Notes: generated from the sequence alone by a model not told the origin. A DNA stretch of 64,000 bases from Bacillota bacterium (GCA_023445445.1 JAEXLD010000081.1:16597-80596), one strand, 5' to 3'. Counted from the first letter of the stretch, positions 42,888 to 54,078 are shown. Numbers and translations are program-made.

Positions 42888-44282
42888 ATGAGAAAAATTA
42901 ATATATCTAAGATAATAATTTTTACTTTTATTATATTAGTTCCAATAATAACTTTTAATATAAAAAGAGATGTAATATCAGAAATAGATAATAAAAAACT
43001 GATGAATATAGAAGATATATTTAATGTGGGGGATTTAACTAATGGAATAGAAAGCTTTGTAAATGATAGAATTGGATTAAGAACTAGTATGGTTAGTGCA
43101 TATAATAAATCTATGGATTTATTATTTGATGAAATGATTCATCCTAGTTATCAATATGGTGAAGAAGGATATGTATTTTTCAAGGTATCAGAAAATAAAT
43201 TAGATAGTGAATTCCAAGAAATTTATTCAAACTTTATTAAGAATTTTCAAGAGTATTGCCAAAGCAGGGGAATTGGATTCTTATATACAGTAGAACCATC
43301 TAAAGCCACAGTTTATGAAGAATATTTACCACAGGGATATATAAACAATGATGAAAACTTAAATTATTTTACATCATTACTAAAGAATAAAGATATTAAT
43401 TACCTTGATAATTCAGAAATTTTAATAGATGCAAAAAAAGATACACAGGTTTTTGATAAGATGTATGATGCAGGACACTGGAATGAAACTGGTGCATTTA
43501 TAGGAATTTCAAATATAATAGATAGATTAAATGAATTAGATAATAGAATAGGAAGTTTAGATTTAAATAAATATGAAAAAGTTAAATATATTAATAAAAC
43601 ATTACCGACATCAAACTTTTCTATTAATGAAGAAACAATTCATTACAATTTAATTCAAGATAATTCTATAAAAATCAATGATTATAATGATGAAGTACTT
43701 AGGGACAATAACTATAGGACTTTTTCCTATTATAAAAACCCTACTAATGAGGATTTACCTAAAATACTTATATTTGTAGGCAGTTACTTTAATGGAAAAG
43801 AAAAATTTTTAACAGACAACTTTTCAGAAGTAATTAGAATTCATAATTATAAAAACGTAATAAACTATGAATATTACATAAACTTATTTAATCCAGATAT
43901 AGTTTTATTTGAGTCAACAGAATATACACATTCTGATACCTTCTTTCCAAGGGAAGATATGAAAAATAAAGTATCAAATAAAAATATAATGGAATACAAA
44001 GATAAAAGAATAGATAACTTTGCAACTATATCAATGGAAGGGATAGAGAAGACAGGAGATAAAATAACTAATTTCAAAGTTCCTATAGAAAGCGATGATT
44101 TATTATATGCTTATTCCGATATTAATAATAGAATATTGGATTGCAAAATAAATATCAATGAAGATAAGCAATACTTAGAGTTTTCAGTAATAACTTCAGA
44201 ATTAGATAGTTTAGAAAATATTGAATTATATGTTATATCTAAGGATGAAGAGAGATATCAAAAATTAGAAATACCATTATAG
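42888..44282 (+). CDS. AlgJ/AlgX/PatB-like SGNH component (paralog 2)
   Basis: Same motifs as 40026 (YDAGHWNETGA, PDIVLFESTEYT). Confidence 0.75.
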   Translation: MRKINISKIIIFTFIILVPIITFNIKRDVISEIDNKKLMNIEDIFNVGDLTNGIESFVNDRIGLRTSMVSAYNKSMDLLFDEMIHPSYQYGEEGYVFFKVSENKLDSEFQEIYSNFIKNFQEYCQSRGIGFLYTVEPSKATVYEEYLPQGYINNDENLNYFTSLLKNKDINYLDNSEILIDAKKDTQVFDKMYDAGHWNETGAFIGISNIIDRLNELDNRIGSLDLNKYEKVKYINKTLPTSNFSINEETIHYNLIQDNSIKINDYNDEVLRDNNYRTFSYYKNPTNEDLPKILIFVGSYFNGKEKFLTDNFSEVIRIHNYKNVINYEYYINLFNPDIVLFESTEYTHSDTFFPREDMKNKVSNKNIMEYKDKRIDNFATISMEGIEKTGDKITNFKVPIESDDLLYAYSDINNRILDCKININEDKQYLEFSVITSELDSLENIELYVISKDEERYQKLEIPL

Positions 44283-44295
44283 AAGTGAAGGATGT

Positions 44296-44328
44296 AATAA
44301 AGAGGCTGTGATTACAGCCTTTTTATTA
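44296..44328. terminator. Bidirectional terminator
   Basis: aaagaggctgt-gatt-acagcctttt between convergent genes. Confidence 0.7.
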
Positions 44329-45294
44329 TTGGATTGAAAATAGGAATTTTTGTAATTCTTCTGTTGTTGCAGGTATATCTATATTAGTGTGATACATATC
44401 TGTAAAACCTGCACTAATAATATTACCATCTGAAGGAAATCTTCCTTGTTCTATATTACCTAATCCCATTCCTAAAGCCTTAGTTGAAATAGAGATTATT
44501 TCACTGTTACTTAAATTAGTAGTAACTAAAGGAAGAATATTATTTATCATTCCAGGAACTTCAGTTAAGTTTATATCTTTAAATTTAATAAATAATGCAT
44601 TTAAAACATCTCTTTGTCTTTCAGTTCTCTTAAAATCTCTACCAGCAGTATATCTAATCCTACAATAAGCAGAAGCTTGTGTTCCATTTAGTATTTGTCT
44701 GCCAGTAGAATAAATATATTCTGTTGTTGTTCCGTTTTTTTCATCGATATTATCAATATATCCATTAATATATTGTAATTCATCTTCAGTTATTTCAATT
44801 TCAACTCCACCTAGGGCATCTATTATTTTAGGTAGTCTTTCTAAATCAACTTGTACAAATTTATCTACCTTTAAATTAAAATTATAATTAATAGCTTTTA
44901 GTATGGAGCTTGGACCACCATCTAAAATAGTATAATTTAAATTCATTTTTCCACCATCAGGAAGATCTAGATATATATCACGCATTAGTGAACAAAGTTT
45001 AATTTTATTATTTTTAGTATCAATAGCTAAAATCATAGTGGCATCAGCTGCGCTGACATCATATGTTTCTGAGAAATCACTTCCAAATAAAGCTATTGTT
45101 ATAACATTATCAGCTTCTTTAGGGGCTTCTTTACCAGTATTCACAACTTCTTCTCTATCAATTTTAACTCTTTCTACTTTACTAGAAATATAATAAGTAT
45201 ATGCTGATATTGATCCAAAGATTATTAAAATAATAACTGAAATAGATAAAATAATTTTCTTGTTTTTAGAAATTTTTTTCATATTTCCCTCCAA
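44326..45294 (-). CDS. LCP (LytR-CpsA-Psr) family glycopolymer transferase
   Basis: TM anchor; SLMRD, IDALGGVEI, YCRIRY, DFKRTERQR. Confidence 0.9.
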   Translation of the reverse strand: MEGNMKKISKNKKIILSISVIILIIFGSISAYTYYISSKVERVKIDREEVVNTGKEAPKEADNVITIALFGSDFSETYDVSAADATMILAIDTKNNKIKLCSLMRDIYLDLPDGGKMNLNYTILDGGPSSILKAINYNFNLKVDKFVQVDLERLPKIIDALGGVEIEITEDELQYINGYIDNIDEKNGTTTEYIYSTGRQILNGTQASAYCRIRYTAGRDFKRTERQRDVLNALFIKFKDINLTEVPGMINNILPLVTTNLSNSEIISISTKALGMGLGNIEQGRFPSDGNIISAGFTDMYHTNIDIPATTEELQKFLFSIQ

Positions 45295-45445
45295 TTGTAA
45301 TATTCATTTAAAATACCGGTATATTATATCAAAATAAGGTAATTTTGGGAATATACCAAAAATACATTTAATTTCAATGAATTGTAATTAAATACAAAAG
45401 GTGATAAAATATAAACTATATACATATTTAACAGGGGGAAGAATA

Positions 45446-47752
45446 GTGAAAAAACTTAAATATTTAATATTAGTACTATTATTAATTATGCCTATGTCAA
45501 GACCAATGGCAGATGATAAGGTAGAAAATAATAATATTTATAATTATATTATGGATAACGGGACAAGCCTTGGTAAAGACAACTTAGGTGATAATTCTGA
45601 TACAAAAATATTACCACAGATGTCTAATGGAGCTAATAAAACTATAAATAATATAGTTGTATTAATAAGATTTAAAGGAGAAGATGAATTTATTAATAAA
45701 GAAAATATTAATAAATTAAAGGATACTTTTAATCTTTATAAGGATTTGAATTCAGACAATGTTGCAGATTCAGGATCTATTTCTTTAAATTCTTATATTA
45801 GTGATTTAACTTATGGAAAGATTAAGGTTAATAGTAGTTTTTATCCTTTTGAAAATAATAATTACTTCTCAATAGAAGCACCTGAAACAAGAGAATACTA
45901 TGAAAATAATATAGCTGGAAGTAGGGAAGAAACAAATTTTATTAAATGGGCTTTTGATAGTGTAAAAGATAAAATAAATTTAACAGCAAATGAATTAGAT
46001 CAAAATAATGATGGTGAAGTAGATATTGTTACATTTTTATGTTCTGGTGCAACAATAAAGGATAGTATGCTATGGCCACATGAAACAAGATTTGTTGGAG
46101 ATTCATCTGTTAATGGAAAAAAATTAAGTACATATAATTTGATAAATATAGGAAATGATGAGAAAAATCTTTTTAATAAAGGAAATTTAAAAATAGCAAT
46201 TCATGAATTCTTACATGGTTTTAGCTACCCAGATTTATATAGATATTATCGTAGTGGAAATCCTGTAGGGGAATGGGATGTTATGGCTAGTACAGACGGG
46301 TATGGACAACTTCCTTTAGTTTATACAAGAAATTTCTATACTAATTTAAATTTAAACATTCAAGAAGTAAATAATGATGGGGTTTATAAAATTAAATCAT
46401 CAAAAAGTACTAATAAGAATGATATTATAGCTTTAAAAATAAAGTCTCCTTTGTCAGATAAAGAGTACTTTATGGTGGAGTTTAGAAAGAGTGAAGGGAA
46501 CTGGGATAGTATTTTACCTGGATCAGGACTTATAGTTTACAGAATAAATAATAATGTAAATGAATTCTATGGCAATAGAAATGGCTCTCCAGATCATGTT
46601 TATGTCTTTAGGCAAGGAGATATAAATAATACATATGCACAAGGAAATACAAGAACTGCCTTTTTATCTAAGGAATCAGGTAGGACAAGCATAGGAAGTA
46701 ATAATTTAAATAGTGGATTTATTTCTAATAGTCTATTTTTTAGCAATGGAGATAATAGTGGAATAGTTATTTCAGATATAGGAAGTGCTAATGGAGATGA
46801 GATAAGCTTTAAAGTTACTTATCCTAAAATTAATGAGCCAGTTAATTTCACCCAAGTAGTAGGAAGTGATAGATATAGTACTGCTGCAAAGCTAAGTTCT
46901 CTAAATTTTAATTTATCTAATACAGTAGTAATAGTTAATGGAACTGCAATTGCTGATGGGCTGACCGTTACTCCGTTAGCTACTTATCTAAATTCTCCAA
47001 TATTACTAGTAGAAAAGAATTATATTCCAAAAGATACTATAAATGAAATAAAAAGGCTTGGTGCAAAGAAAGTTATAATTGCTGGTGGAGAAGGTGTTGT
47101 TTCTAAAAGTGTTGAGCTTGAATTAAAGAAAATTGGTATAGGTAATATAATAAGATTAGCAGGAAATGATAGATATGAAACTTCTTTAGAAATTGCAAAA
47201 TACATAGACTCTAATTGCTATGACATTGAAAATATAGTATTAGCAAATGGATATGCTGAGGCAGATGCTATGTCAATAGCACCTATATCAGGAAGAGATA
47301 GGATGCCAATAATATTGTCAGAGTCACAAAATATTAATTCAAAAGTATATAATTGGTTAAAAAATGAAAATTTAAATAATGCATATATAATAGGTGGAAA
47401 TGGAGTTATAGAAGATAAGTTAGTACATAAATTGAATTTAATAACTTCATTAGATATTAGTAAAAATAGGCTAGGTGGTAAGGATAGATTTGAAACTAAT
47501 GCATTAGTAATTAAGAAATTTTATGGAAGCAAAATAGAGAAAGTATATGCTTCAAAGGGATATGAAATAATTGATGCCCTATCAGCAGCACCAATTGCAG
47601 CATTAAATAATGGGGCTATAGTCCTATGTGATTATGATTTAAATTCAGCACAAAAAAATATTTTATCCTTAAAAACTACAAACTCCATAATTCAAGTGGG
47701 GGGAGGAATTTCCTCAACTGCTATTAATTCTTTAAAAGTTGCATTAAAATAA
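45446..47752 (+). CDS. Secreted M6-like zinc metalloprotease with C-terminal CWB2 (cell wall binding 2) repeats
   Basis: HEFLHGFSYPDLY, WDVM; three G.DRY.T/GKDRFET ... ADGL/ADAM/IDAL ... PILL repeats; GGGGG RBS before GTG 45446. Confidence 0.85.
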   Translation: MKKLKYLILVLLLIMPMSRPMADDKVENNNIYNYIMDNGTSLGKDNLGDNSDTKILPQMSNGANKTINNIVVLIRFKGEDEFINKENINKLKDTFNLYKDLNSDNVADSGSISLNSYISDLTYGKIKVNSSFYPFENNNYFSIEAPETREYYENNIAGSREETNFIKWAFDSVKDKINLTANELDQNNDGEVDIVTFLCSGATIKDSMLWPHETRFVGDSSVNGKKLSTYNLINIGNDEKNLFNKGNLKIAIHEFLHGFSYPDLYRYYRSGNPVGEWDVMASTDGYGQLPLVYTRNFYTNLNLNIQEVNNDGVYKIKSSKSTNKNDIIALKIKSPLSDKEYFMVEFRKSEGNWDSILPGSGLIVYRINNNVNEFYGNRNGSPDHVYVFRQGDINNTYAQGNTRTAFLSKESGRTSIGSNNLNSGFISNSLFFSNGDNSGIVISDIGSANGDEISFKVTYPKINEPVNFTQVVGSDRYSTAAKLSSLNFNLSNTVVIVNGTAIADGLTVTPLATYLNSPILLVEKNYIPKDTINEIKRLGAKKVIIAGGEGVVSKSVELELKKIGIGNIIRLAGNDRYETSLEIAKYIDSNCYDIENIVLANGYAEADAMSIAPISGRDRMPIILSESQNINSKVYNWLKNENLNNAYIIGGNGVIEDKLVHKLNLITSLDISKNRLGGKDRFETNALVIKKFYGSKIEKVYASKGYEIIDALSAAPIAALNNGAIVLCDYDLNSAQKNILSLKTTNSIIQVGGGISSTAINSLKVALK

Positions 47753-47758
47753 AAATAT

Positions 47759-47800
47759 AAATACTTCTAATAATATCATATATTATTAGAAGTATTTTTT
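47759..47800 (+). terminator. Intrinsic terminator
   Basis: aaatacttctaataatat / atattattagaagtattt then T tract. Confidence 0.7.
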
Positions 47801-48076
47801 AAAAAAATAATGTTAATTTCGACAAAAACCAACCATTTAAGAGTAGTGATAATATATAATATAGTAGTTCTGGTAAAATAAAGTATTGATTTAATAGTTA
47901 TTTTAAGCAGATAAAAAATAAATTTACAAATTAACAAGTAATAATTTGGAATTGATTTTTTGAAATTTGATTTAATAATTTTATATGATATAATTATACG
48001 TGCAAAATTATGAAGATTGTTATATTTTACATTATAATAGAATTATAATGTATTATATGTAATTAGGGGGATAGAT

Positions 48077-48733
48077 ATGGATAATATTAATTATAATATT
48101 AATTCAGTAGCTAAAGAAAAAGAAAATAAATTACTATATAGTTTATTGAAACGCTTAATTGATATTATTGGAGCTTCAGTTGGACTAGTATTATTAAGTC
48201 CTATATTAATTATTGTAGGAATTTTAATTAAATTTGAATCTAAAGGGAAGATAATTTTTTCTCAAAAAAGAGTTGGACTAAATGGTAAAGAGTTTAATAT
48301 GTATAAGCTTAGATCCATGGTGTCAAATGCTGAAGAATTAAAGGAAAAACTAGCAAAGCAAAATGAAATGTCAGGACCTATGTTTAAGATGAAAGATGAT
48401 CCGAGAATAACAAAGGTGGGCAAATTCATAAGAAAGACAAGCATTGATGAATTACCACAATTGATAAATGTATTAAAAGGTGATATGAGTCTAGTTGGTC
48501 CAAGACCAAGTTTACCAAAAGAGGTTGAGAAATTTGAACCTTGGATGTTAAAGCGCTTAGAAGTGAAACCAGGACTTACTTGTTATTGGCAAGTAATGGG
48601 AAGAAACAATATAGATTTTGAAGATTGGATGAAATTGGATATTAAGTATGTAAAGGAAAGAAGCTTTTTGTTAGATATTAAGCTTATATTTAGAACTTTC
48701 TTTGTTTTATTTGGAGATGACAATGCTGCTTAA
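48077..48733 (+). CDS. Priming sugar-phosphate transferase (Bac_transf, WbaP/EpsL-like)
   Basis: KRLIDI, DDPRITKVG, SIDELPQL, SLVGPRP. Confidence 0.92.
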   Translation: MDNINYNINSVAKEKENKLLYSLLKRLIDIIGASVGLVLLSPILIIVGILIKFESKGKIIFSQKRVGLNGKEFNMYKLRSMVSNAEELKEKLAKQNEMSGPMFKMKDDPRITKVGKFIRKTSIDELPQLINVLKGDMSLVGPRPSLPKEVEKFEPWMLKRLEVKPGLTCYWQVMGRNNIDFEDWMKLDIKYVKERSFLLDIKLIFRTFFVLFGDDNAA

Positions 48734-48766
48734 TAATGGAGAATTACTATATTTGGAGGATTAATT

Positions 48767-49807
48767 ATGAATATATGTGCCTTAATAATGGCAGGAGGAA
48801 AAGGAACTAGATTTTGGCCTTTATCTACTGAGGAAAAACCTAAACAGTTCTTAAATTTAGTAGGGGATAAAACTATGATACAAATGACTGTAGATAGAAT
48901 TAATCCAATAGTTCCAATAGAAAGAATATTTGTATGTACAGGTGAAAAATATGTGGATCTAGTTAAGGAACAGTTACCATCCTTACCACAAAGAAATATT
49001 ATAATTGAACCAGAGGGAAGAAATACAGCACCTTGTATTGCATTATCAGCTTTTGTTATAGAAAGGTATTATAAAGATTCAAGTATGGTTGTTTTACCAT
49101 CAGACCACCTTATAAGAGACGAAGATGAATTTAGAAATATAATAAATAAAGGTGCTGAATTTTTGCAAAATAATAGTGATGGAATTCTTACACTAGGTAT
49201 GAAACCAGATAGACCTGAAACTGGATACGGATATATTAATTATGGAAAAGAAGTAGAATCAGGCATAAAAGTAGTTAATAGATTTGTTGAAAAACCTAAT
49301 TTAGAATTAGCAGAAGAATACTTAAAAGAAGGAACATATTTATGGAATGGTGGAATGTTTTTATGGAAGACAAACCATATTTTAAGGGAAATAAAAAAAT
49401 ATTCTCCTGCAACATATGAAGCATTACATAATTTAGATAAGGTTAATGAAGAAGAGTTACAGAATTATATAAATAATAATTATATTAACACAGAATCAAT
49501 ATCAATAGATTATGCTGTGTTAGAGAAAAGTGAAAAAATATTTGTAATTCCAAGTGAAATAGGATGGGACGATATTGGAACTTGGAAGTCAGTTGAAAGA
49601 TATAGAGAAAAAGATACAAATAATAATATATTGTCTGACGGAGTTAAAGCAATAGAATGCCAATCAAATATGGTTGTAAATAATGAAAAGAAAATAGTAA
49701 TGCTAGGGGTGGAAGATATCTTAGCAATAGAAACTAAAGATACTATATATATAGTTAACAAAAATTATATGGATAGTTTAAGAAATTATCAAAATGAAAT
49801 GTTGTAA
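48767..49807 (+). CDS. manC: Mannose-1-phosphate guanylyltransferase
   Basis: AGGKGTRFWPLS, PKQFL, EPEGRNTAP, FVEKP, SIDYAVLE. Confidence 0.9.
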   Translation: MNICALIMAGGKGTRFWPLSTEEKPKQFLNLVGDKTMIQMTVDRINPIVPIERIFVCTGEKYVDLVKEQLPSLPQRNIIIEPEGRNTAPCIALSAFVIERYYKDSSMVVLPSDHLIRDEDEFRNIINKGAEFLQNNSDGILTLGMKPDRPETGYGYINYGKEVESGIKVVNRFVEKPNLELAEEYLKEGTYLWNGGMFLWKTNHILREIKKYSPATYEALHNLDKVNEEELQNYINNNYINTESISIDYAVLEKSEKIFVIPSEIGWDDIGTWKSVERYREKDTNNNILSDGVKAIECQSNMVVNNEKKIVMLGVEDILAIETKDTIYIVNKNYMDSLRNYQNEML

Positions 49808-49898
49808 TTTAAAAGTAAGATAGTATGAAATAGTATGATAAATATTAATAATTTAAAAATAAAATTGACATGTATAAAAATAATAATAGAGGTGAGAT

Positions 49899-50993
49899 AT
49901 GGTAATATTTAATGCGTTACAAACATCGTTAACAGGAGGGATTGGTAGATATTGCTATGAGCTCAGTAAAGCAATTTATGAAAATGAAGTAAATATAAAA
50001 ATTGTTATAAGAGAAGAAGATCTTGAATTGTATAATTTTGCGAAAAATGAAGATTTAATAGTAATAAGTGGTATTAAAAATTCTATACAAAGAAATATAT
50101 ATGAACAAATTAAGCTGCCTTTTTTTGTTAAGAAAAATTATCCTAATGCTATCATACACTATCCAGATACTATGGCACCTATTTTTTCTCAAAATAAAGT
50201 TATAATCACAGTACATGATCTTGCTTTTAAAAGTCTAAAGAATGCGTTTACTTGGAAAAGTAATATTTGGAAGAGTTTAATTACAAATTTATCTGTAAGA
50301 AAAGCTGAGAAAATAATTGTTATTTCTGAGTTTACTAAATCTGAAATAAAAAAAGTTTATGGAGATAGAATTTACAATAAAGCTAAAGTTGTCTTAAACG
50401 GGTTCAATAATTTTTCTAATGAAGATATAAACGATAAAGAAGTAAATGAAAATATAAAAAAGCTTAAAAATGAAGATTATATTTTAACTGTAAGTACTAT
50501 CTCTCCAAGAAAAAATATAGATAGCCTTATTAAGGCTTATAATATTAGTAAAGTAAAAGAAAAATATAAATTGGTGATAGCTGGAGGTAAGGGGTGGCTC
50601 TTTGAAGATGTTTTTAAATTAGTTGATGATTTAAAAATAAGTGATAGGGTTTTATTTACAGATAGAATTAATGATGAAGAATTAAAATTTTTATATAAAA
50701 ATTGCAAATCTTTTTCTTATGTATCTTATTATGAAGGATTTGGGTTACCACCATTAGAAGCTATGAGCTATGAAAAACCATGCCTTACATCTAATGTTTC
50801 ATCAATACCAGAAGTAGTTGGTAATGCTGCTATAAAAGTTGATCCTTATAGTGTTGAAGATATAGGAAAGGCATTAGATAGACTATGTTTTGATAAAGAA
50901 GAAAGAATTAAGTTAATTCAATTAGGAAATATAAATATAGCAAGGTTTTCTTGGAATAAATGTGCAAAAGAGACTATAGAAGTATATGGTTAA
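49899..50993 (+). CDS. GT4 glycosyltransferase (mannosyltransferase-like)
   Basis: TVHDL, PRKN, YEGFGLPPLEAM. Confidence 0.88.
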   Translation: MVIFNALQTSLTGGIGRYCYELSKAIYENEVNIKIVIREEDLELYNFAKNEDLIVISGIKNSIQRNIYEQIKLPFFVKKNYPNAIIHYPDTMAPIFSQNKVIITVHDLAFKSLKNAFTWKSNIWKSLITNLSVRKAEKIIVISEFTKSEIKKVYGDRIYNKAKVVLNGFNNFSNEDINDKEVNENIKKLKNEDYILTVSTISPRKNIDSLIKAYNISKVKEKYKLVIAGGKGWLFEDVFKLVDDLKISDRVLFTDRINDEELKFLYKNCKSFSYVSYYEGFGLPPLEAMSYEKPCLTSNVSSIPEVVGNAAIKVDPYSVEDIGKALDRLCFDKEERIKLIQLGNINIARFSWNKCAKETIEVYG

Positions 50994-51037
50994 ACTTAAT
51001 TAAATAAAAAATATAATAGATGATAGGAGTGATTTAA

Positions 51038-52405
51038 ATAAACAAGTTTATTTTTTTTAAGTTAGATGAAATATATGAAAGATTATACTTATGTTTTGTA
51101 GCTTTATCATTATCAATTATAGGGCCAATTTCTTATATATCATATTTAATAGATGTTCCTGAAATCAAGCTTTGGAAAGAACTCTTTATACTTATTATGT
51201 TTTTTCTTTCTTTATTTCTACTAATAGTAAATAAGAAGAAAACTATAATTAAATCAATTATAGTAATAATGAGTATATATTTTATATGGGTTTTATATAG
51301 TATTTCGTTTCTTAATATTAATCAAGTATTATATCAGATAAAACTAGATATGTTTAATATTTTGTTTGTATTTAATACTATTACGGTATTGCTAATTTCT
51401 AAGAATAGAAAATTATATATAAAAAAAATTATAAAAATAATATTAATATTTGCCATTGTGAATTCTATATTTGTTATTTTTCAAGGGATATTTTCAAAAT
51501 TTTATGTGACCAAAATTTTGAGGATACAATGGGGAGCTTGGTCTAGGAAGTATGGGATTAGTGTTATAAGTTCTAACGGTAAATTTAGAGCTATTGGATT
51601 AATGAATAGTTATGTTTCTGTATCAGAATTATTTGTTATTGCAACAATATTAATTAATGAAATTAAAGACACTATAAAAGTATCTAATAAAATTAAAAAT
51701 ACTCTTTTAATTTTATTTGTTATAAGTATATACTTTACAACTTATAAAACTGCTTATTTGTGGGTTGTTTTTTATTTTGGATTAAAATGTTTATCATTTA
51801 TATTGTTAAAGCTAAATAATAAATATATAAAAAAAGTTTATGATAAGACACGAATGAATTATTACAATGGAAATTTATTAATTTCAACATCTATATTACT
51901 ATTATTACAATGGATACTTACCAATACATTTATATTTTATAAAATAATTGAAAAATTGTCTCCTAAGATTGCATACAATAGTATCTATTTAAGGGTAGAA
52001 TTTCATAATAATATTGTTAATAAAATGTCTACAATTACCCAAAAAATAATGGGATTAGGGATGGGTTTAAATGGAAGTTATAATGGGAAGATGAATTTAA
52101 ATGGAATAAAACCTATACCATTAGATAGTAGTTATGTTTACACTTTAAGTAATTATGGCTTTTTAGGATTAGCAATATATATTTCTTTTATAGCTATAAT
52201 AATGGTTTTATCAATATTTTATGATGAATATGATAAATTTGGAATAAAGTATTTAATGAGTTATTTATTATGTATACAATTGTTTTTTAATAATTTATCT
52301 ACAAGTATACCGATATCATATATAGTAATAATTTTAATATTAATATTTATATTTGATATAAAAAATGAAATTAATGTTAAAAGATTAGTTTTTTATAAAA
52401 AATAA
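51038..52405 (+). CDS. Putative Wzy polysaccharide polymerase (likely ATA start at 51038; first ATG 51197)
   Basis: Very AT-rich multi-TM protein in a Wzx locus; RAIG, GLGMG, DSSY...NYGFLG; AGGAGTGA RBS before ATA. Confidence 0.7.
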   Translation: MNKFIFFKLDEIYERLYLCFVALSLSIIGPISYISYLIDVPEIKLWKELFILIMFFLSLFLLIVNKKKTIIKSIIVIMSIYFIWVLYSISFLNINQVLYQIKLDMFNILFVFNTITVLLISKNRKLYIKKIIKIILIFAIVNSIFVIFQGIFSKFYVTKILRIQWGAWSRKYGISVISSNGKFRAIGLMNSYVSVSELFVIATILINEIKDTIKVSNKIKNTLLILFVISIYFTTYKTAYLWVVFYFGLKCLSFILLKLNNKYIKKVYDKTRMNYYNGNLLISTSILLLLQWILTNTFIFYKIIEKLSPKIAYNSIYLRVEFHNNIVNKMSTITQKIMGLGMGLNGSYNGKMNLNGIKPIPLDSSYVYTLSNYGFLGLAIYISFIAIIMVLSIFYDEYDKFGIKYLMSYLLCIQLFFNNLSTSIPISYIVIILILIFIFDIKNEINVKRLVFYKK

Positions 52406-52472
52406 ATTATATATCTTTATTATAGATAAAGAGAATTATTTTAGGTTCTATAATAACTGGAGGATATTATAT

Positions 52473-53585
52473 ATGAAAAAAAAAATAATGCATATTGCTC
52501 AATCAGCTGGAGGCGTAGAAAGATACATAAAAATGTTTTTAGCAAATACAGAATTATCTAATTATGATAATATTCTTGTTTGTTCATTAGATTATAAAAA
52601 AGAAGATTATAGTGATTTCCTATTCGGATTTGAACATGTAGATATGATTAGAAATATTAATGTTATATCTGACTTTAAAGCGATTATAAGAATAAGAAAA
52701 TTAATTAAAAAATATAATCCAGATGTTATATACATGCATTCAAGTAAAGCAGGTGCTTTAGGAAGACTAGCTAATTTAGGGATTAATAATTTGAGTGTCT
52801 ATAACCCTCATGGCTGGGCATTCAATATAGATGCAGGAAGATTATATAAAAAAATTTATGCAGTGATAGAAAAAATTCTTTCTAATTTTTGTGATGTAAT
52901 AATAGCAATTTCCGATTTTGAAAAAGAATCTGCTTTAAGTAATAATATATGTAAAGCTGAGAAAATTAAAGTTATTTATAATGGAATAGATATAGATGAA
53001 TATAATAAAAATAATTTTATTATTACTAGAGAGAAACTAAATATACCTAAAGATGCTTATATTATAGGAACTATAGGAAGATTATCTAAGCAAAAAGCAC
53101 CAGATACCTTTATTGAATCGGCAAAGCGTATAAAGGAAAAAATCCCCAATGCATATTTTATGCTAGTGGGGGATGGAGAAGATTATGTTGAAATAATGAA
53201 GTTAATTGATAAATATAATATGAAAAATGATATTTTAATTACTGGTTGGGTAGACAATCCAATGGAATATTTACAAATTTTTGACCAAGCAATGTTATTA
53301 TCAAGATGGGAAGGGTTTGGATTAGTATTAGCAGAATATATGATAGCTAAAAAACCAATTATTGCTACTAATGTTGACGCTATACCTAATATAATTATCG
53401 ATGGATATAATGGATTAGTAGTTGAAAAAGATAATATAGACGCTATAGTTAATGCAAGTATAGAAATAAATAATAATATTAAATTGAGCGAAAAATTAGT
53501 TGATAATGGATATAAGTTAGTTAATCAAAAGTTTAATATAAAGAGAGTTGTAGATCAGTTTTATAAAGAGATAATTGGTGAATAG
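52473..53585 (+). CDS. GT4 glycosyltransferase
   Basis: GGVE, HSSKAG, PHGW, RLSKQK, WEGFGLVLAE. Confidence 0.9.
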   Translation: MKKKIMHIAQSAGGVERYIKMFLANTELSNYDNILVCSLDYKKEDYSDFLFGFEHVDMIRNINVISDFKAIIRIRKLIKKYNPDVIYMHSSKAGALGRLANLGINNLSVYNPHGWAFNIDAGRLYKKIYAVIEKILSNFCDVIIAISDFEKESALSNNICKAEKIKVIYNGIDIDEYNKNNFIITREKLNIPKDAYIIGTIGRLSKQKAPDTFIESAKRIKEKIPNAYFMLVGDGEDYVEIMKLIDKYNMKNDILITGWVDNPMEYLQIFDQAMLLSRWEGFGLVLAEYMIAKKPIIATNVDAIPNIIIDGYNGLVVEKDNIDAIVNASIEINNNIKLSEKLVDNGYKLVNQKFNIKRVVDQFYKEIIGE

Positions 53586-53629
53586 TTAGATAAGTATTAT
53601 AATATATATTATAATCAAATACGTAGGAT

Positions 53630-53990
53630 ATTAAGCGAGAATAATAAATTTGAAAATATTATTAATCAGATGAATTAAATAATCAAAAAATCATGGGACT
53701 AGGCATGGTTCTAAATAGAAGTTGTTGTTTAAAATCAAATATAAATGGTGTTAAAACAATAAAATTATATAGTAAGTATGTATATATAACGAGTAATTAT
53801 GTGATTTTGGATTAATTTAATATATATACATGCATTATTTATTATAATGATATCATCAATAATTTATAATTATTTAGACGTGTTGAGATTAAAGTACTTA
53901 ATGAGTTAATTATTATGTGTTCAGATGGTTTTAAATAATTTGTCTACAAGTATTCCGATATAATATATTTTAATAATATTAATTGTTTTT
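53630..53990 (+). pseudogene. Decayed copy of the 3' end of the putative wzy gene
   Basis: QKIMGLGM.LN, KYLMS*LLC.Q...NNLSTSIPI* match the 51990-52345 region, with stops and indels. Confidence 0.85.
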
Positions 53991-54078
53991 TTAAAACTTA
54001 AAGGGACAATTAAATTAAAACAAAGTAATAAATAATATATACAAAAGGATATTTTTAAGTGAAAGGTTGATAAATATT

